Below the pieces are notes generated by a model. It was not told where the DNA came from and made no database searches. It worked only from the letters and a program-made list of their open reading frames with translations. The translations under genes and the position numbers were made by a program. This document shows, piece by piece, positions 4,954-5,522 of a stretch of 5,522 nucleotides of DNA (the first letter of the stretch is position 1; every line of letters begins with the position of its first letter). Origin of the DNA: Candidatus Jordarchaeales archaeon (GTDB taxonomy: Archaea > Asgardarchaeota > Jordiarchaeia > Jordiarchaeales > Freyrarchaeaceae); the NCBI GenBank assembly GCA_038858525.1, contig JAWCFL010000061.1:1-5522 (forward strand), written 5' to 3'.

Positions 4954-5522
4954 TTACCTCTGCTTCACCGGGATACGGTATGGCGCAAGCAGTTTTACTC
5001 CGTGCTCCTCAGCCACCTTATCCCCGCTCGGATGAATAACGTAACCAAACATAAAGGCGTACACCCTCATTCCCGGATGCTTCCTCTTCAAAGCCTCAAC
5101 CCTCTCAACAAAGGCATTCACGTCCCTCTCATAAATCCTAGACTTACACTCCCCAACAACAATCAAATCTTCCCCCCTACGATCACGCCCACGAGCAAAA
5201 AGATCAAACTCAACCTCCTTCCCATCAACAACGAAAAAGTACCTCTCAAACTCACCAACAAAAATACCCTCGTTAACATCAAGCCACCCTACAACCATAA
5301 TACGAGCAATATCCTCCAAACCAAAACCAACAACATCACTCAAACGACCAACCTGAGTAGCCAAACTAGACAAAGCATCCCCCATCCTGCGCTGGGCCTC
5401 AGCAAGCTGCTCCAGCCTCTCCTCAGTCCTGCGCTGGGCCTCAGCAAGCTGGTCTACTCTGGCGGCAAGCTGCTCCAGCCTCTCCTCAGTCCTGCGCTGG
5501 GCCTCAGCAAGCTGGTCTACTC
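4954..5522 (-). CDS. Coiled-coil heptad-repeat protein with C-terminal PD-(D/E)XK (restriction endonuclease-like) domain; partial, 5' end outside window
   Basis: The frame stays open upstream of the track's Met at 5385 to the window edge: VDQLAEAQRRTEERLEQLAARVDQLAEAQRRTEERLEQLAEAQRR-MGDAL... The C-terminal domain has E(FGLED)...D(VEFDLF)...E-C-K(VVGECKSRI), followed by YAFMFGY. Confidence 0.85.
   Translation of the reverse strand, partial: VDQLAEAQRRTEERLEQLAARVDQLAEAQRRTEERLEQLAEAQRRMGDALSSLATQVGRLSDVVGFGLEDIARIMVVGWLDVNEGIFVGEFERYFFVVDGKEVEFDLFARGRDRRGEDLIVVGECKSRIYERDVNAFVERVEALKRKHPGMRVYAFMFGYVIHPSGDKVAEEHGVKLLAPYRIPVKQR
5385..5522 (-). repeat. Intragenic tandem repeat encoding coiled-coil heptads (42/63-nt periods)
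   Basis: 5402-5459 is identical to 5465-5522 (58 nt, period 63). The 25-mer TCCTGCGCTGGGCCTCAGCAAGCTG occurs at 5385, 5427 and 5490. Confidence 0.95.

Noticed and set aside
5385-5522. Direct repeats as a possible CRISPR array
   Set aside because: The repeats are in frame, contiguous and lack unique spacers; they encode coiled-coil heptads.

Overview
Probably archaeal DNA, judged from BRE/TATA promoters, GGAGG-type RBSs, an AbrB-PIN pair and a coiled-coil nuclease; the exact lineage cannot be determined. The left part is a nitrogen-assimilation locus. It holds the 3' end of an NrpR/DUF128 regulator (1-177, +), a ZIP-family metal transporter (322-1185, +) and a convergent stand-alone FMN-binding glutamate-synthase-family gene (1251-~2840, -). 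That gene's BRE/TATA promoter is abutted by a near-perfect 18-bp palindrome containing the canonical NrpR operator GGAA-N6-TTCC (2909-2926). An HD-domain hydrolase follows (3000-3596, -). The right part looks accessory: a ~400-bp spacer with several inverted repeats, an AbrB-family antitoxin/PIN toxin pair (4005-4773, +), a perfect (CAAAAAA)x4 repeat, and the 3' part of a PD-(D/E)XK nuclease gene whose coiled-coil is encoded by DNA-identical 21-nt-phased repeats (4954->5522, -). The best-supported signal is the linked regulator + operator + target trio (NrpR controlling an atypical glutamate synthase-like enzyme). No rRNA, tRNA, CRISPR array or intact transposase was seen.
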